Below are positions 19,643-29,177 of a stretch of DNA of 64,000 nt, in pieces. Source of the stretch: an uncultured Actinomycetota bacterium (lineage in GTDB: Bacteria > Actinomycetota > Actinomycetes > JACCUZ01). The notes under the pieces are model-generated. The model did no database searches and was not told the DNA's origin. It saw only the letters and a program-made list of their open reading frames with translations. Numbering within the stretch: position 1 is the first letter of the stretch; each line of letters opens with the position of its first letter. The DNA lies in the NCBI GenBank assembly GCA_963784645.1, contig CAWARY010000015.1:497688-561687 (forward strand), in the 5' to 3' direction. A program made the translations under genes and the position numbers.

Positions 19643-20597
19643 GGAACAGCGCGAACATCGCCGGTTTCTGCTGCACCAGCTCGAGCCGGCCGCCGTCGGC
19701 CTCGGCCAGCTCACGGGCCACCGCGAGCCCCAGCCCGGTCCCCCGCCGCCCGCTGACCGACCGCTCGAAGATCCGTGACCCCAGCTCCGGAGGAACGCCC
19801 GGTCCCTCGTCGGAGACCTCGACCACCAGCGAGATGCCGGTCGAGCGGGTCGACACCGTCACGGTGCCCGCGCCGTGGATCAGGCTGTTCTCCAGCAACG
19901 TCGCGAGCACCTGCGAGAGCCCGTTGGGAGTCGCCAGCGCCACCAGCCCGCGCGTCCCGGTCGCCTTGACGACCCGGTGCCGCGCGCCGAACGCGGGCTC
20001 CCACTCCACGACCTGCTGCAGCACGATGTCGTCCAGCGGCACCGGGCCGGCGCGCAGGTTGTTGTCGCGCACGCCGTCGAGCAGGTGCTCGACGACGGTG
20101 GCCAGCCGCTCGACCTGCGCGAGAGCCGAGCCGGCCTCCTCGCGCACCGTCTGCTGGTCGTCGGCCTGCATGATCTCCTCGAGCCGCATGGACAGCGCGG
20201 TGAGCGGGGTGCGCAGCTGGTGCGAGGCGTCGGAGGCGAACTGCCGCTCGGCGGCGATCAGCCGGTCGACCCGGTCGGCGCTGCGCTCGAGCAGCTCGGC
20301 GACCCGGTCGACCTCGGAGATGCCCGAGCTGCGCAACGGTTCGCGCTTCTGCCCGGAGCCGAGGTTCTCGGCGCGACGCTGCAGCCCGGCGAGCGGCCCC
20401 TTCAGGACCTTCGCCTGGAGGATGCCGACGGCAGCAGCAGCGGCCACGGCGACCAGCGTCCCGGCGAGCCAGAGCAGGACGACCGGGCCGGTGGTGTCGT
20501 GGCGATCGGACAGGGCGACGACGGCGAGCGGCCCGCCCACGACGACGACGGCGACCAGAGCGATGAGGACGCTCGAGGCCAGGACCCGGGTCCTCAA
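19614..20597 (-). CDS. sensor histidine kinase
   Basis: Two N-terminal TM segments. H-box FASDASHQLRTPLTALS. HATPase N/G boxes LENSLIHGAGTVTV, DEGPGVPPELGSRIFERSVSGRRGTGLGLAVAREL. 3' end overlaps the GtrA gene convergently. Confidence 0.85.
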   Translation of the reverse strand: MRTRVLASSVLIALVAVVVVGGPLAVVALSDRHDTTGPVVLLWLAGTLVAVAAAAAVGILQAKVLKGPLAGLQRRAENLGSGQKREPLRSSGISEVDRVAELLERSADRVDRLIAAERQFASDASHQLRTPLTALSMRLEEIMQADDQQTVREEAGSALAQVERLATVVEHLLDGVRDNNLRAGPVPLDDIVLQQVVEWEPAFGARHRVVKATGTRGLVALATPNGLSQVLATLLENSLIHGAGTVTVSTRSTGISLVVEVSDEGPGVPPELGSRIFERSVSGRRGTGLGLAVARELAEADGGRLELVQQKPAMFALFLSAAGAGPR

Positions 20598-20622
20598 CGG
20601 GGGACCACGGCGTGCACGGTGC

Positions 20623-21297
20623 TCATTCGCGCTCGAAACGGAACCCCACGCCTCGCACTGTGGTGATGAACCGGGGGTTTGCGGCGTCGTCGCCGAGCTT
20701 CTTGCGCAGCCAGGACACGTGCATGTCCAGCGTCTTCGTGGACCCCCACCACGCGGTGTCCCACACCTCGCGCATCAGCTGCTCACGGGTCACGACCTTG
20801 CCGTTCTCGCGCAGCAGCACGCGCAGCAGGTCGAACTCCTTCGCGGTGAGCGACAGCTCGTTCTCGTCCATCCAGGCGCGGTGCGAGTCGACGTCGATCC
20901 GGACGCCGTGGACGCCCTGGGCGATCTCGATGCCGCCACGTCGCAGCAGCGCGCGGACCCGGGCGAGCAGCTCGGCCAGCCGGAACGGCTTGGTCACGTA
21001 GTCGTCGGCGCCGGCGTCGAGCCCGACCACGGTGTCGACCTCGTCGGTACGCGCCGTCAGGACGAGGACGGGCACGCCGCTGCCCTCGCCGCGCAGCCGG
21101 CGGCAGACCTCGAGGCCGTCCATGCCGGGCAGTCCGATGTCGAGCACGACGAGGTCGACCGGAGTACCCCCGGTGGCCGACTCGAGCGCGCCCGGACCGT
21201 CCTCGCAGACCTCGACCTCGTAGCCCTCACGTCGCAGTGCGCGCGCGAGCGGCTCAGAGATCGCCTGGTCGTCCTCGGCGAGAAGCACGCGCGTCAT
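20623..21297 (-). CDS. OmpR-family response regulator
   Basis: MTRVLLAEDDQAISEPLARAL...DLVVLDIGLPGMDGLEVCRRLR...winged-helix C-terminus (TVRGVGFRFE). Start set at ATG 21297 (MTRVLL); alternative starts are ATG 21306 (MPL...) and GTG 21315. Confidence 0.85.
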   Translation of the reverse strand: MTRVLLAEDDQAISEPLARALRREGYEVEVCEDGPGALESATGGTPVDLVVLDIGLPGMDGLEVCRRLRGEGSGVPVLVLTARTDEVDTVVGLDAGADDYVTKPFRLAELLARVRALLRRGGIEIAQGVHGVRIDVDSHRAWMDENELSLTAKEFDLLRVLLRENGKVVTREQLMREVWDTAWWGSTKTLDMHVSWLRKKLGDDAANPRFITTVRGVGFRFERE

Positions 21298-21357
21298 GAG
21301 AGGCATCGTAGGCACAACGGGTGCCCCAGCAGTGCTGCGACGGGGGCGTTTCGCGGG

Positions 21358-24090
21358 TCAGCCCAGGCGAGCGACGTGCCGACCCACGCGCCGGAGGTCG
21401 CGGACCCGTCGCTCGTACGTCGCCCCGGCGACCAGCAGGAGCAGCCCGATCGAGCCGATCGTGATCCAGCGCGGCACCACCTGGTAGGCCTCGACGAGGT
21501 ACGGCGCGAGCTGGACGAGAGCGTCGACGGCCAGCACCGCGGCGCCCATGACCAGCGGCGCCTGGAGCCGCTGCCGCACGCCGAGGCCCACGACGGCGGC
21601 GGCGGCGAGCGCCAGCAGCAGCGGACGCAGGTCGCCCGAGTCGGTCAGAGCGCGCAGCAGGCTCGGCAGCAGCGCGAGCGACAACCCGCTGCCGTAGGCA
21701 TGCCAGGAGCCGTACGCCGGGTCGCGCCTGCGCCGGAGCAGCCCGAGGGCGAGCAGGGCCGCGGCGGCCGGAACGGTGTAGGCCTCCGGCGCGTCGACGT
21801 CGGACAGTGCGAGCCGCACCCAGCTGCTCGCTGCGAGCAGCAGGCCCGCCACCCAGCCGAGGACCGGCCGCACCGAGGTGAGCGCGACGACCGCGACGGT
21901 GGCGCCGACGACGAGCAGGGCGACCCACAGCCGCTCGGCGTCGAGAGCCGCGAGCAGCAGCGCTGGTGCCGCGACGACGATCGCGACGACCTGGACCGCG
22001 CCGCGCACCGGCCGCGGGGTCGCGAGCGGCGCGCAGGACCCGAGGGTGAGCAGCGCGGCGGAGGTGGCGGCCACCAGTCCGATGTCGGCGAGCGCCGCAC
22101 CCCGCCAGTCCGCGATCGCCGCGGCAGCCGCAGCGGCGGCTGCCGCTGCGACGACCACCGCTGACGTGTGCAGCGGTGCCCAGAACGGGTCGGCCGCCGC
22201 TGTGCGCAGCGAGAGGAGCAGTGCGACGCCGACGGCGACGCCCGTGCCGAGCACCAGCACGAGGGACCAGACGGCCGGCCAACCGGCCCCGTCGTGGCGG
22301 GCCACGGCACCCGCCTCCGTGAGGGCGAGCAGCAGGGCCGCGAGCACGAGCAGCACCCGCCAGACGCGCAGCTGCTCCGCGCCGCGCGCCGCCACCGTGG
22401 CGACGGCGAGCGCGGCGGCTGCGGCCGGCAGGGTCACCAGGGTGGCAGTCGGTGTCGAGAACGACCACGCGACCGCGGCGGTCGTGGCGACGGCGCCGCA
22501 CCCGAGCGCGGTCCCGCCGAGCCAGACCCAGCCGCGGACGTCGAGCTGGGCGCCGGCCGCCAGCAGCAGCGCCGCCAGCCCGAGCAGGACGCCGAGCTGG
22601 ACGGGGAACGTGGCCGACGCCGCGGGGGCGACGAGCCAGCCCGCCGTCGCGAGGACCGGCAGCGCCGCCACCCGCAGCGGCGCCGCTCGCAGCACCCGGG
22701 CGCCGAGCAGCAGCGCGGCACCGGTCGCGGCGAGGGCGAGGACGTCGGACCAGTCGGCCGGCACCGCGGCGGCACGCGTGCTGACCGACCACGCCGTCTC
22801 CGGCACCCGCAGGACCACGAGCATCCGGTCGACCGCCCCGCCGACCGTCCCGAGCGCGCTGAGCGCGGGCACCAGCCCGGCTATCAGCAGCAGGCCGCCC
22901 GGTGCGACGCGGCGGGCGCGCGGCACCAGCGGCAGCACGGCGAGCAGCAGCAGGACGGGGACGGCCAGCACCGGGCCGAGCCACCGGTCGGGTACGCGAT
23001 CGGCCAACGGCGCCCAGGTAGCGGCCACCAGCAGCAGTGCGGCGGTGACGTCGCAGGCGGCGACCCGGCCGTCGCCCTCCGGCTCCCTCCGCGCCAGCAC
23101 CGTGCCGGCCAGGGCCGGCACGGCCGCGAGGGCCAGCAGCAAGGCGGTCCCCACCACGAGTGAGCCCGCCTCGGCGTACGCCGCCACGAGGGCAGCCAAG
23201 GTCGCGGCCAGGTGCGCGAGCCCGCCACCGGCTCCGACCACGGCGCGGGCGTCGTGCGTCCGGGTGCCCGCCGGCCAGGCTCCGGCCGCGCCGAGGCCGG
23301 CGACGGCCTGGACGGCCAGCAGGGCCGCGACCAGGGCCGCCGGGTGCGAGACGTCGTCGACGAGGTGCCCGGCCAGTAGCGGGAGCGGCAGCTGGGCGGC
23401 GAGCGCGGCCGCGAGCGGCAGGACGCGGGTCGGCAGCAGCACCGCGAACAGGCCGGCACCGACGGCGACGGCCGCGAGGGCCGCGGCCCAGAAGACGGCG
23501 CCCTCGACCGAGGCGAGCCCGGCGAGGTCGGCGCTGCGAGCGCCGTAGCAGTCGAGCACGGTCAGCCCGACGGTGAGGACCGAGAGCCACTCGGCGGTGG
23601 AGAGCAGGCCGCGGCGGTGCACCCCGACGGCACCGGCGGCCGCGAGAGCGGTGACCCCGGCCATGACGGCCGACCGGCCGCCGACGCCGAGGCGCTCCCA
23701 CGACACGGCCACGAAGATCACCGCCGCGACGCCGAGCAGGGCCACACCCAGCGCGAGCAAGAGGTTCTGCACCCGGCGTGCCGACCACTCGGGCCGGGGG
23801 CGAGCGGCCACCGGCGGCACGAACCCCGCAGCGGCCGCGGACGACGACGTGGCGGGGGCCGGGGAGGCGCCGACCGGCGCCGCCGACATCGCCTGCTCGC
23901 GCAGAGCCGTCACCAGTCCGGCCCTGGTCCGCAGCGTCTCGGCGGCCTGCACCGAGACCTGCCAGAGCCGCCCTGCGACCGGGCCGGTCAGCGGGAGTCC
24001 GCAGTCCGGGCAGACGTCGCGGGCGGCGCTGAGCGTGGTCCCGCAGTCGGGGCATCGGGTCGGGTCGGTCAGCAGGGTCTCGTCGATCAT
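21358..24090 (-). CDS. zinc-ribbon-containing polytopic membrane protein (SCO7613-C-terminal-domain-like), 910 aa
   Basis: N-terminal CPDCG...CPDCG (treble-clef/Zn ribbon) followed by about 20 predicted TM helices and Ala/Leu/Val-rich segments throughout. No enzymatic motif. Confidence 0.6.
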   Translation of the reverse strand: MIDETLLTDPTRCPDCGTTLSAARDVCPDCGLPLTGPVAGRLWQVSVQAAETLRTRAGLVTALREQAMSAAPVGASPAPATSSSAAAAGFVPPVAARPRPEWSARRVQNLLLALGVALLGVAAVIFVAVSWERLGVGGRSAVMAGVTALAAAGAVGVHRRGLLSTAEWLSVLTVGLTVLDCYGARSADLAGLASVEGAVFWAAALAAVAVGAGLFAVLLPTRVLPLAAALAAQLPLPLLAGHLVDDVSHPAALVAALLAVQAVAGLGAAGAWPAGTRTHDARAVVGAGGGLAHLAATLAALVAAYAEAGSLVVGTALLLALAAVPALAGTVLARREPEGDGRVAACDVTAALLLVAATWAPLADRVPDRWLGPVLAVPVLLLLAVLPLVPRARRVAPGGLLLIAGLVPALSALGTVGGAVDRMLVVLRVPETAWSVSTRAAAVPADWSDVLALAATGAALLLGARVLRAAPLRVAALPVLATAGWLVAPAASATFPVQLGVLLGLAALLLAAGAQLDVRGWVWLGGTALGCGAVATTAAVAWSFSTPTATLVTLPAAAAALAVATVAARGAEQLRVWRVLLVLAALLLALTEAGAVARHDGAGWPAVWSLVLVLGTGVAVGVALLLSLRTAAADPFWAPLHTSAVVVAAAAAAAAAAAIADWRGAALADIGLVAATSAALLTLGSCAPLATPRPVRGAVQVVAIVVAAPALLLAALDAERLWVALLVVGATVAVVALTSVRPVLGWVAGLLLAASSWVRLALSDVDAPEAYTVPAAAALLALGLLRRRRDPAYGSWHAYGSGLSLALLPSLLRALTDSGDLRPLLLALAAAAVVGLGVRQRLQAPLVMGAAVLAVDALVQLAPYLVEAYQVVPRWITIGSIGLLLLVAGATYERRVRDLRRVGRHVARLG

Positions 24091-24455
24091 CGCGCGGACC
24101 CCCGCCCGGCCGCGGCGGTGTGCGCCGGCGTCGAGGCGCGCGGGTGGCGACGCGGCGCAGCGGCGAGCGCCAGCAGCCAGCAGGCGGCCCAGCCGGCGAG
24201 CACACCGGCCGCGGTGGCGGGGTCACCTGCCGGGAGCGCCGCCGCGACAGCCGGCACGACCAGCGCACTGAGCAGCAGGCCCAGCAGGGCACCGGCGACG
24301 GCGGCCGGCCAGCGTCGGCCCGGCCCGCGTGCGGTACGGCGGCGCCGCGCGGACACCGCGACGGCGACCCAGCCGGGCGCGGTCACCGCGCCGCCCAGCG
24401 CGCCCCACAGCAGCAGGATCGCGAGGAAGTCGGTGCCGGAGATCTCAGGTCCCAT
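24087..24455 (-). CDS. small integral membrane protein (about 122 aa)
   Basis: MGPEISGTDFLAILLLWGALGGAVTAPGWVAVAVSA...AAVAGALLGLLLSALVVPAVAAAL...LAGWAACWLLALAA: 3-4 TM helices. ATG 24455 chosen. Stop overlaps the downstream Zn-ribbon membrane gene start (ATGA). Confidence 0.5.
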   Translation of the reverse strand: MGPEISGTDFLAILLLWGALGGAVTAPGWVAVAVSARRRRTARGPGRRWPAAVAGALLGLLLSALVVPAVAAALPAGDPATAAGVLAGWAACWLLALAAAPRRHPRASTPAHTAAAGRGSAR

Positions 24456-24536
24456 GTGTGGAGCATCGGCGGGAACGGCTGCCGCCGTAACCGTACGGGT
24501 ACTCAGATCGGCCACCCCCCTCTCGCCGCGCGCCCG

Positions 24537-24570
24537 CCCGAGTTGATCACGGGCCCGTGATCAACTCGGG
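24537..24570. promoter_or_regulatory. 34-bp perfect palindrome CCCGAGTTGATCACGGG|CCCGTGATCAACTCGGG
   Basis: Seen directly in the sequence: left arm 24537-24553, right arm 24554-24570, exact reverse complements. Lies 82 bp upstream of the small-TM-protein start and about 155 bp downstream of the accD1-like stop. Candidate operator and/or terminator. Confidence 0.7.
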
Positions 24571-24725
24571 TCAACAGTGGCATGCAAGCCGCGGGAGGCA
24601 CGGGAGCACCGCGGTAGGGGCAGGACGACTGCAACGGCCACGCACGGGCGCCGGACCTCGGTACGCGCGTGCGCGGCACGGTCGCCACGTCTGGCGCGTG
24701 CGAGGTGGGGGCTCGCCTGCCGCCG

Positions 24726-26288
24726 TCAGACCGGCGTGACCCCGTGCCGGCGGCGCGAGAAGTGCCGGTCCTTCGTGCGGTACGTGCGCAACCGCCGCAC
24801 CAGCTCGTCCCGCAAGACCTCGGGGGTGACGATGTCGTCGATCACCAGCTCGCTCGCGAGCCGCACGATGTCGATGTCCTCGTCGTACTCGCGGCGCTTG
24901 GTGGCGACGAACTCGGCGCGCTCGTCGTCGTCGTCGATCGCCGCGATCTTGTTGGCGTAGACGGCGTTGACGGCTGCCTCTGCGCCCATGACCGCGATCT
25001 TCGCGGTGGGCAGGGCGAGAGTCGCGTCGGGCTCGAACCCGGGCCCGGCCATGGCGTAGAGCCCGGCGCCGTACGCCTTGCGGACGACCACGCAGATCTT
25101 CGGCACCGTCGCCTCGGAGATCGCCGTGATCATCTTGGCGCCGTGCCGGATGATGCCGGCCTTCTCCACCACGGAGCCGACCATGAAGCCGGGGACGTCC
25201 GACAGGAACACCAGCGGCACGTTGAACGCGTCGCACAGCTGTACGAAGCGGGTGGCCTTGTCGGCGGAGTCGATGAACAGCACGCCGCCCTTGAACATCG
25301 AGTTGTTGCCGACGACGCCGACCACCTCGCCGTCGAGCCGGCCGAATCCGATCGTCAGCTCGCGGGCCCACAGCGCGTGGATCTCGAAGAAGCTGCCCTC
25401 GTCGAGCAGGCCCTTGGCATAGCGGCGCATGTCGAACGCCTGCCGCTCGCTCGCGGGCACGAGCGCCGCGAGGTCGACGTTCGCCGGTGCCGGCCTCGGC
25501 TCGGCCGGGGGCGGGGTGCCCTGGTAGCTCGACGGCAGGTACGACAGGTACGACCGCACCGTCTCCAGCGCCTGCTGCTCGGTGCTCACGAGGAAGTGCC
25601 CGACGCCGGACTCGGCGCAGTGCACCCGCGCACCGCCCATCTCCTCGAGGGTGGTCTTCTCCCCCGTCACCATCTCGACCATCCGGTCCGAGCCGAGGTA
25701 CATCGACGCGTTGCCCTCGACCATGACGACCACGTCGCAGAACGCCGGGATGTACGCACCGCCCGCGGCCGACGGCCCGAACAGGGCGCAGACCTGCGGG
25801 ATGGAGCCACTGGCCCGGACCTGGTTCCAGAAGATCTTCCCGGCGCCCCGACGGCCGGGGAACAGGTCGATCTGGTCGGTGATCCGCGCACCGGCCGAGT
25901 CGACGAGGTAGACCATCGGCACGCCGGTCCGGTAAGCGGTCTCGATGATCCGGATGATCTTCTCGACGGTCCGGGCGCCCCACGAGCCGGCCTTCACGGT
26001 CGAGTCGTTGGCCATCAACGCGACCGGGCGACCGTCGACGGTGGCCGTGCCGGTGACGACTCCGTCGGCCGGCAGGTCGGCGACGGCCACGTTGGCGAAC
26101 ACGCCGTCCTCCACGAACGAGCCCTCGTCGACCAGGAGCCGCACCCGCTCGCGGGCGAACAGCTTGCCCTTGCCGGCGTTGCTCTCGTGGTACTTCGCCG
26201 CGCCGCCGCGCTCGACAGCCGACCGCAGGTCAGGCACCGGGGGGTGCTCGGGGATCGGGTTGTGCTCCTGGCTCTGCACGGGCGACAC
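24726..26288 (-). CDS. methylcrotonyl-CoA carboxylase-type carboxyltransferase beta subunit (AccD1-like)
   Basis: 520 aa. GKLFARERVRLLVDEGSFVE, DSTVKAGSWGARTVEKIIRIIETAYRTGVPMVYLVDSAGARI, ...PQVCALFGPSAAGGAYIPAFCDVVVMVEGNASMYLGSD, GGARVHCAESGV. Close resemblance to MCC beta (MCCC2/AccD1) signatures. Confidence 0.85.
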   Translation of the reverse strand: MSPVQSQEHNPIPEHPPVPDLRSAVERGGAAKYHESNAGKGKLFARERVRLLVDEGSFVEDGVFANVAVADLPADGVVTGTATVDGRPVALMANDSTVKAGSWGARTVEKIIRIIETAYRTGVPMVYLVDSAGARITDQIDLFPGRRGAGKIFWNQVRASGSIPQVCALFGPSAAGGAYIPAFCDVVVMVEGNASMYLGSDRMVEMVTGEKTTLEEMGGARVHCAESGVGHFLVSTEQQALETVRSYLSYLPSSYQGTPPPAEPRPAPANVDLAALVPASERQAFDMRRYAKGLLDEGSFFEIHALWARELTIGFGRLDGEVVGVVGNNSMFKGGVLFIDSADKATRFVQLCDAFNVPLVFLSDVPGFMVGSVVEKAGIIRHGAKMITAISEATVPKICVVVRKAYGAGLYAMAGPGFEPDATLALPTAKIAVMGAEAAVNAVYANKIAAIDDDDERAEFVATKRREYDEDIDIVRLASELVIDDIVTPEVLRDELVRRLRTYRTKDRHFSRRRHGVTPV

Positions 26289-26327
26289 GGGGCGACCTCG
26301 GGGATGGGGGCTCGGGACGCAGCGAGC

Positions 26328-27446
26328 CTAACGAGCGGCGGTTCCGGCCTCGACCGGAGCGATGCCGCGGCCCATCTGCCGCGCCCGGATGTGCTGGGCC
26401 ACGTGGTCCGCGTCTCGCCCCGCCCCGCCCACCAGCATCGAGGAGAAGGAGTAGAGGAACGGGAGCCCGACGAAGTACAAGCCCTCGACCCCAGGGACGA
26501 CCCCGCGGTGCTGGGTCGGCCACCGGCCGTCCCCGAGCGGCAGGTGGATCCAGTCGGTGTCCGGCCCGAAACCGGTGCACCACACGACGTTGGCGACCGC
26601 CAGGACCTTGCCGTCGGCGAGCACCGGCCGGCCGTCCCGGGTGCCGACGACGCGCTGCTCCGTGTGGTGCACCCCGGCGGCGGCCAGGTGCGCCCGCTTG
26701 ACCCGGATCAGCGGACCGCCGCCGCCGCGCACGTGTGCCTGGACCTTTCGGCCCATCGGGGTGCGCTCGGTGAGGACGTGGTTCCAGGCGAACCACAGGA
26801 GGGGCAGGACCGCGTGGGCGCGCCGGCTCTCGATGTCGAAGGGGAGCTGGCCGTTGACCCGGCCGGCCAGATGCGTCTCGTGCGCGCCGGACAGCTCCAG
26901 GGCGATGTCGGCGCCGGAGTGGCTGGCACCGACGACGAGCACCGGCCCGGGGCGCAGCTGTGACGGGTTGCGGTACTCCGCGGAGTGCATCTGCCGGATC
27001 GACGGGTCCAGCTCGTCGGCGAACTCCGGCACCAGCGGGCTCTTCCAGGTCCCGGACGCGACGACCACGTTGTCCGCGGTGAGCACCCGGTGGCCGGAGG
27101 TCACGACGAAGCCGTCACCGTCGGCCACGGGGTCGAGGCTGTCGACGCTCGTCCCGGTCCGGACCGGGAGCCGGTTGTCGGCGGCGTAGGCCTCGAGGAA
27201 GTCGGCCATCTGGTGGCCGGACGGGAACTCCCAGCCGGGCAGCGGGAAGCGCCGGCCGGGCAGCCCGTCGTACCGAGCCGGGGTGAACAGACGCAGCGAG
27301 TCGAAACGGTGGCGCCACACGTCCCCGACCCGGTCCCCCGCCTCGAGGACCACGCAGTCGCGGCCGCGGCGGGCGAGGTGGAATGCGGTCGACAGCCCGG
27401 CCTGGCCGGCCCCGATGACGACGGTCTCGACGTGCTCGGTCTGCAT
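26328..27446 (-). CDS. FAD/NAD(P)-binding flavin-containing monooxygenase-like oxidoreductase
   Basis: N-terminal VVIGAGQAGLSTAFHL (GxGxxG), second dinucleotide motif VLVVGASHSGADIALEL, C-terminal ATGF-like VVWCTGFGPDTDW. Typical of CzcO/FMO-type enzymes. Confidence 0.75.
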   Translation of the reverse strand: MQTEHVETVVIGAGQAGLSTAFHLARRGRDCVVLEAGDRVGDVWRHRFDSLRLFTPARYDGLPGRRFPLPGWEFPSGHQMADFLEAYAADNRLPVRTGTSVDSLDPVADGDGFVVTSGHRVLTADNVVVASGTWKSPLVPEFADELDPSIRQMHSAEYRNPSQLRPGPVLVVGASHSGADIALELSGAHETHLAGRVNGQLPFDIESRRAHAVLPLLWFAWNHVLTERTPMGRKVQAHVRGGGGPLIRVKRAHLAAAGVHHTEQRVVGTRDGRPVLADGKVLAVANVVWCTGFGPDTDWIHLPLGDGRWPTQHRGVVPGVEGLYFVGLPFLYSFSSMLVGGAGRDADHVAQHIRARQMGRGIAPVEAGTAAR

Positions 27447-27536
27447 GGTGTGCTCCTGTCGCGAGAACTGCCCGTGCCCGCGACGCTAGGTCGGTGCACG
27501 CGGTCCCCGCGTCGGCAGAACTGTGCAGATCCGCCC

Positions 27537-29177
27537 TCAGACGAGGTGGTGCTCGTAGGCGTACGCGGTCGCCGCCGCGCGCGAGGACAGGTCGAGCTTG
27601 GTGAAGATGTTGGCGATGTGCCGCGCGACGGTCTTCTCCGACAGGAACAGCTCGGCGGCGATGGCCCGGTTGGTGGCCCCGGTGGCCACCAGCCGGATCA
27701 CCTGGACCTCCCGGAGGGTGAGCCCGCCGGGAGCGGCGGCCCGGCCGCCGCGTCGGGACAGAGCGGCGACCCGGGCCAGGTCCGGTGCCGCGCCGAGCTG
27801 CTCGAACACCCATCGAGCCGCGTCGAGCTCCATCTCCGCGGTGTCGTCGTCGCCGACGGCGCGGCACGCCAGCCCGACAAGGACGCGGGTCCGAGCCGCG
27901 TCGTAGGGCGCGCCCATGTCCTGCCACAGCGACCAGGCTCGGCGCAGGCTGAGCAGGGCCTCCCGCGGGTCATCCTCGGCCAGCAGCACGGCACCGGCCG
28001 CCTGCAGAGCCGCCGCGACGAGCTGCGGGCTGTCCCGGGCGGCGGCCGACTCGGTGAGCTCGTCGGCGGCCAGCCGGGCGCCGGCCACGTCGCCCCTGGC
28101 CACCGAGATCTCGACGTGGGACGGCAGCAGCCGGGTGCGGCCGCGGAACTCCGGTGACTCGTCCAGCGCTCGCCGGACCGAGGCCGCGGCGTCGTCGACC
28201 CGGCCCTGCGCCAGCCGCAGCAGGGCGAGGCCCGGCTGCGGGTCGTGCCCGTGCTGGGACGCCTCCCGGTAGCACGTCTCGGCCCGGGCGGCCTCGCCCC
28301 GCAAGCGGTGCAGCTCGCCGCGCTGGTACACGGCCATCCCCTCGGCGACCTGCCCCGGCGGATCCCGCAGCCGTTCGCAGGCTCGCTGCGCCTCGGCCGC
28401 GGCGTCCGGCCAGGATCCGTGCAGCTGGAGGATCTCGGCCCGGTGCACCAGGCACTGTCCCCGGTAGGGCACCAGGTCGGGCTGCTCGGCGCACCACCGG
28501 CTCAGCGCATCGGTCCACTCGCGACCGCGGCGCAGGTCGAAGCGGTCCCGGCAGGTCTCGATCGCTGCGCAGTAGACCAGCCCGACGACCTGGGGCGAGA
28601 CGTCACCGGTGGTGACCGCGACCATCACCTCGTCCAGCTCGGCCAGCCCCGCCTCCGCGTCTCCCCCGGCGACCAGCGCCTGGCCGTGGCCGTGGCGGAC
28701 GAGCGTCAGCAGATCGGCGTCCCGGTGCCGCTCGGCCGACGCCAGCGCAGGCTCGAACCGGGTGATCGCACCGGCGACGTCATCGGTGAACAGCAGCTGC
28801 ATCGCCTGCGCGACGTCCAGGTAGCCCCGCCACACCGAGTCCACCAGGCCCGCGTCGTCGAGGACCCGCTCGACCCGGGCGAACCAGCCGCCTCCCCTGG
28901 CCACCTCGCCGCGAAGCGTCAGGGCCAGCGCCAGCCAGAACGCCACCCGTGCGGCCCCCTCCGCATCCGCCGTCGCGAGGTGGTCGTGGTGGGCTCGCTC
29001 CCGCGCGGCGTCGGACTCCGGCTCGTGCCCGGTGAGGAACGCCGCCAGGGCCAGCCGCTCGCGATCGAGCGGGGAGAGGGCGGCCTCGGCATCGGCCGCG
29101 AGCAGGTCGTCGTAGGCCGCCGACCAGGCCCGCGCCTCGACATGCGCGCGGCCGCTCGTCAGCCGCGCGGAGGTCAC
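27537..29177 (-). CDS. LuxR-family transcriptional regulator with N-terminal TPR-like helical domain
   Basis: C-terminal LTLREVQVIRLVATGATNRAIAAELFLSEKTVARHIANIFTKLDLSSRAAATAYA (LuxR HTH). Long alpha-helical repeat N-terminus. Start overlaps the stop of the upstream GGDEF gene by 4 bp. Confidence 0.85.
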   Translation of the reverse strand: MTSARLTSGRAHVEARAWSAAYDDLLAADAEAALSPLDRERLALAAFLTGHEPESDAARERAHHDHLATADAEGAARVAFWLALALTLRGEVARGGGWFARVERVLDDAGLVDSVWRGYLDVAQAMQLLFTDDVAGAITRFEPALASAERHRDADLLTLVRHGHGQALVAGGDAEAGLAELDEVMVAVTTGDVSPQVVGLVYCAAIETCRDRFDLRRGREWTDALSRWCAEQPDLVPYRGQCLVHRAEILQLHGSWPDAAAEAQRACERLRDPPGQVAEGMAVYQRGELHRLRGEAARAETCYREASQHGHDPQPGLALLRLAQGRVDDAAASVRRALDESPEFRGRTRLLPSHVEISVARGDVAGARLAADELTESAAARDSPQLVAAALQAAGAVLLAEDDPREALLSLRRAWSLWQDMGAPYDAARTRVLVGLACRAVGDDDTAEMELDAARWVFEQLGAAPDLARVAALSRRGGRAAAPGGLTLREVQVIRLVATGATNRAIAAELFLSEKTVARHIANIFTKLDLSSRAAATAYAYEHHLV

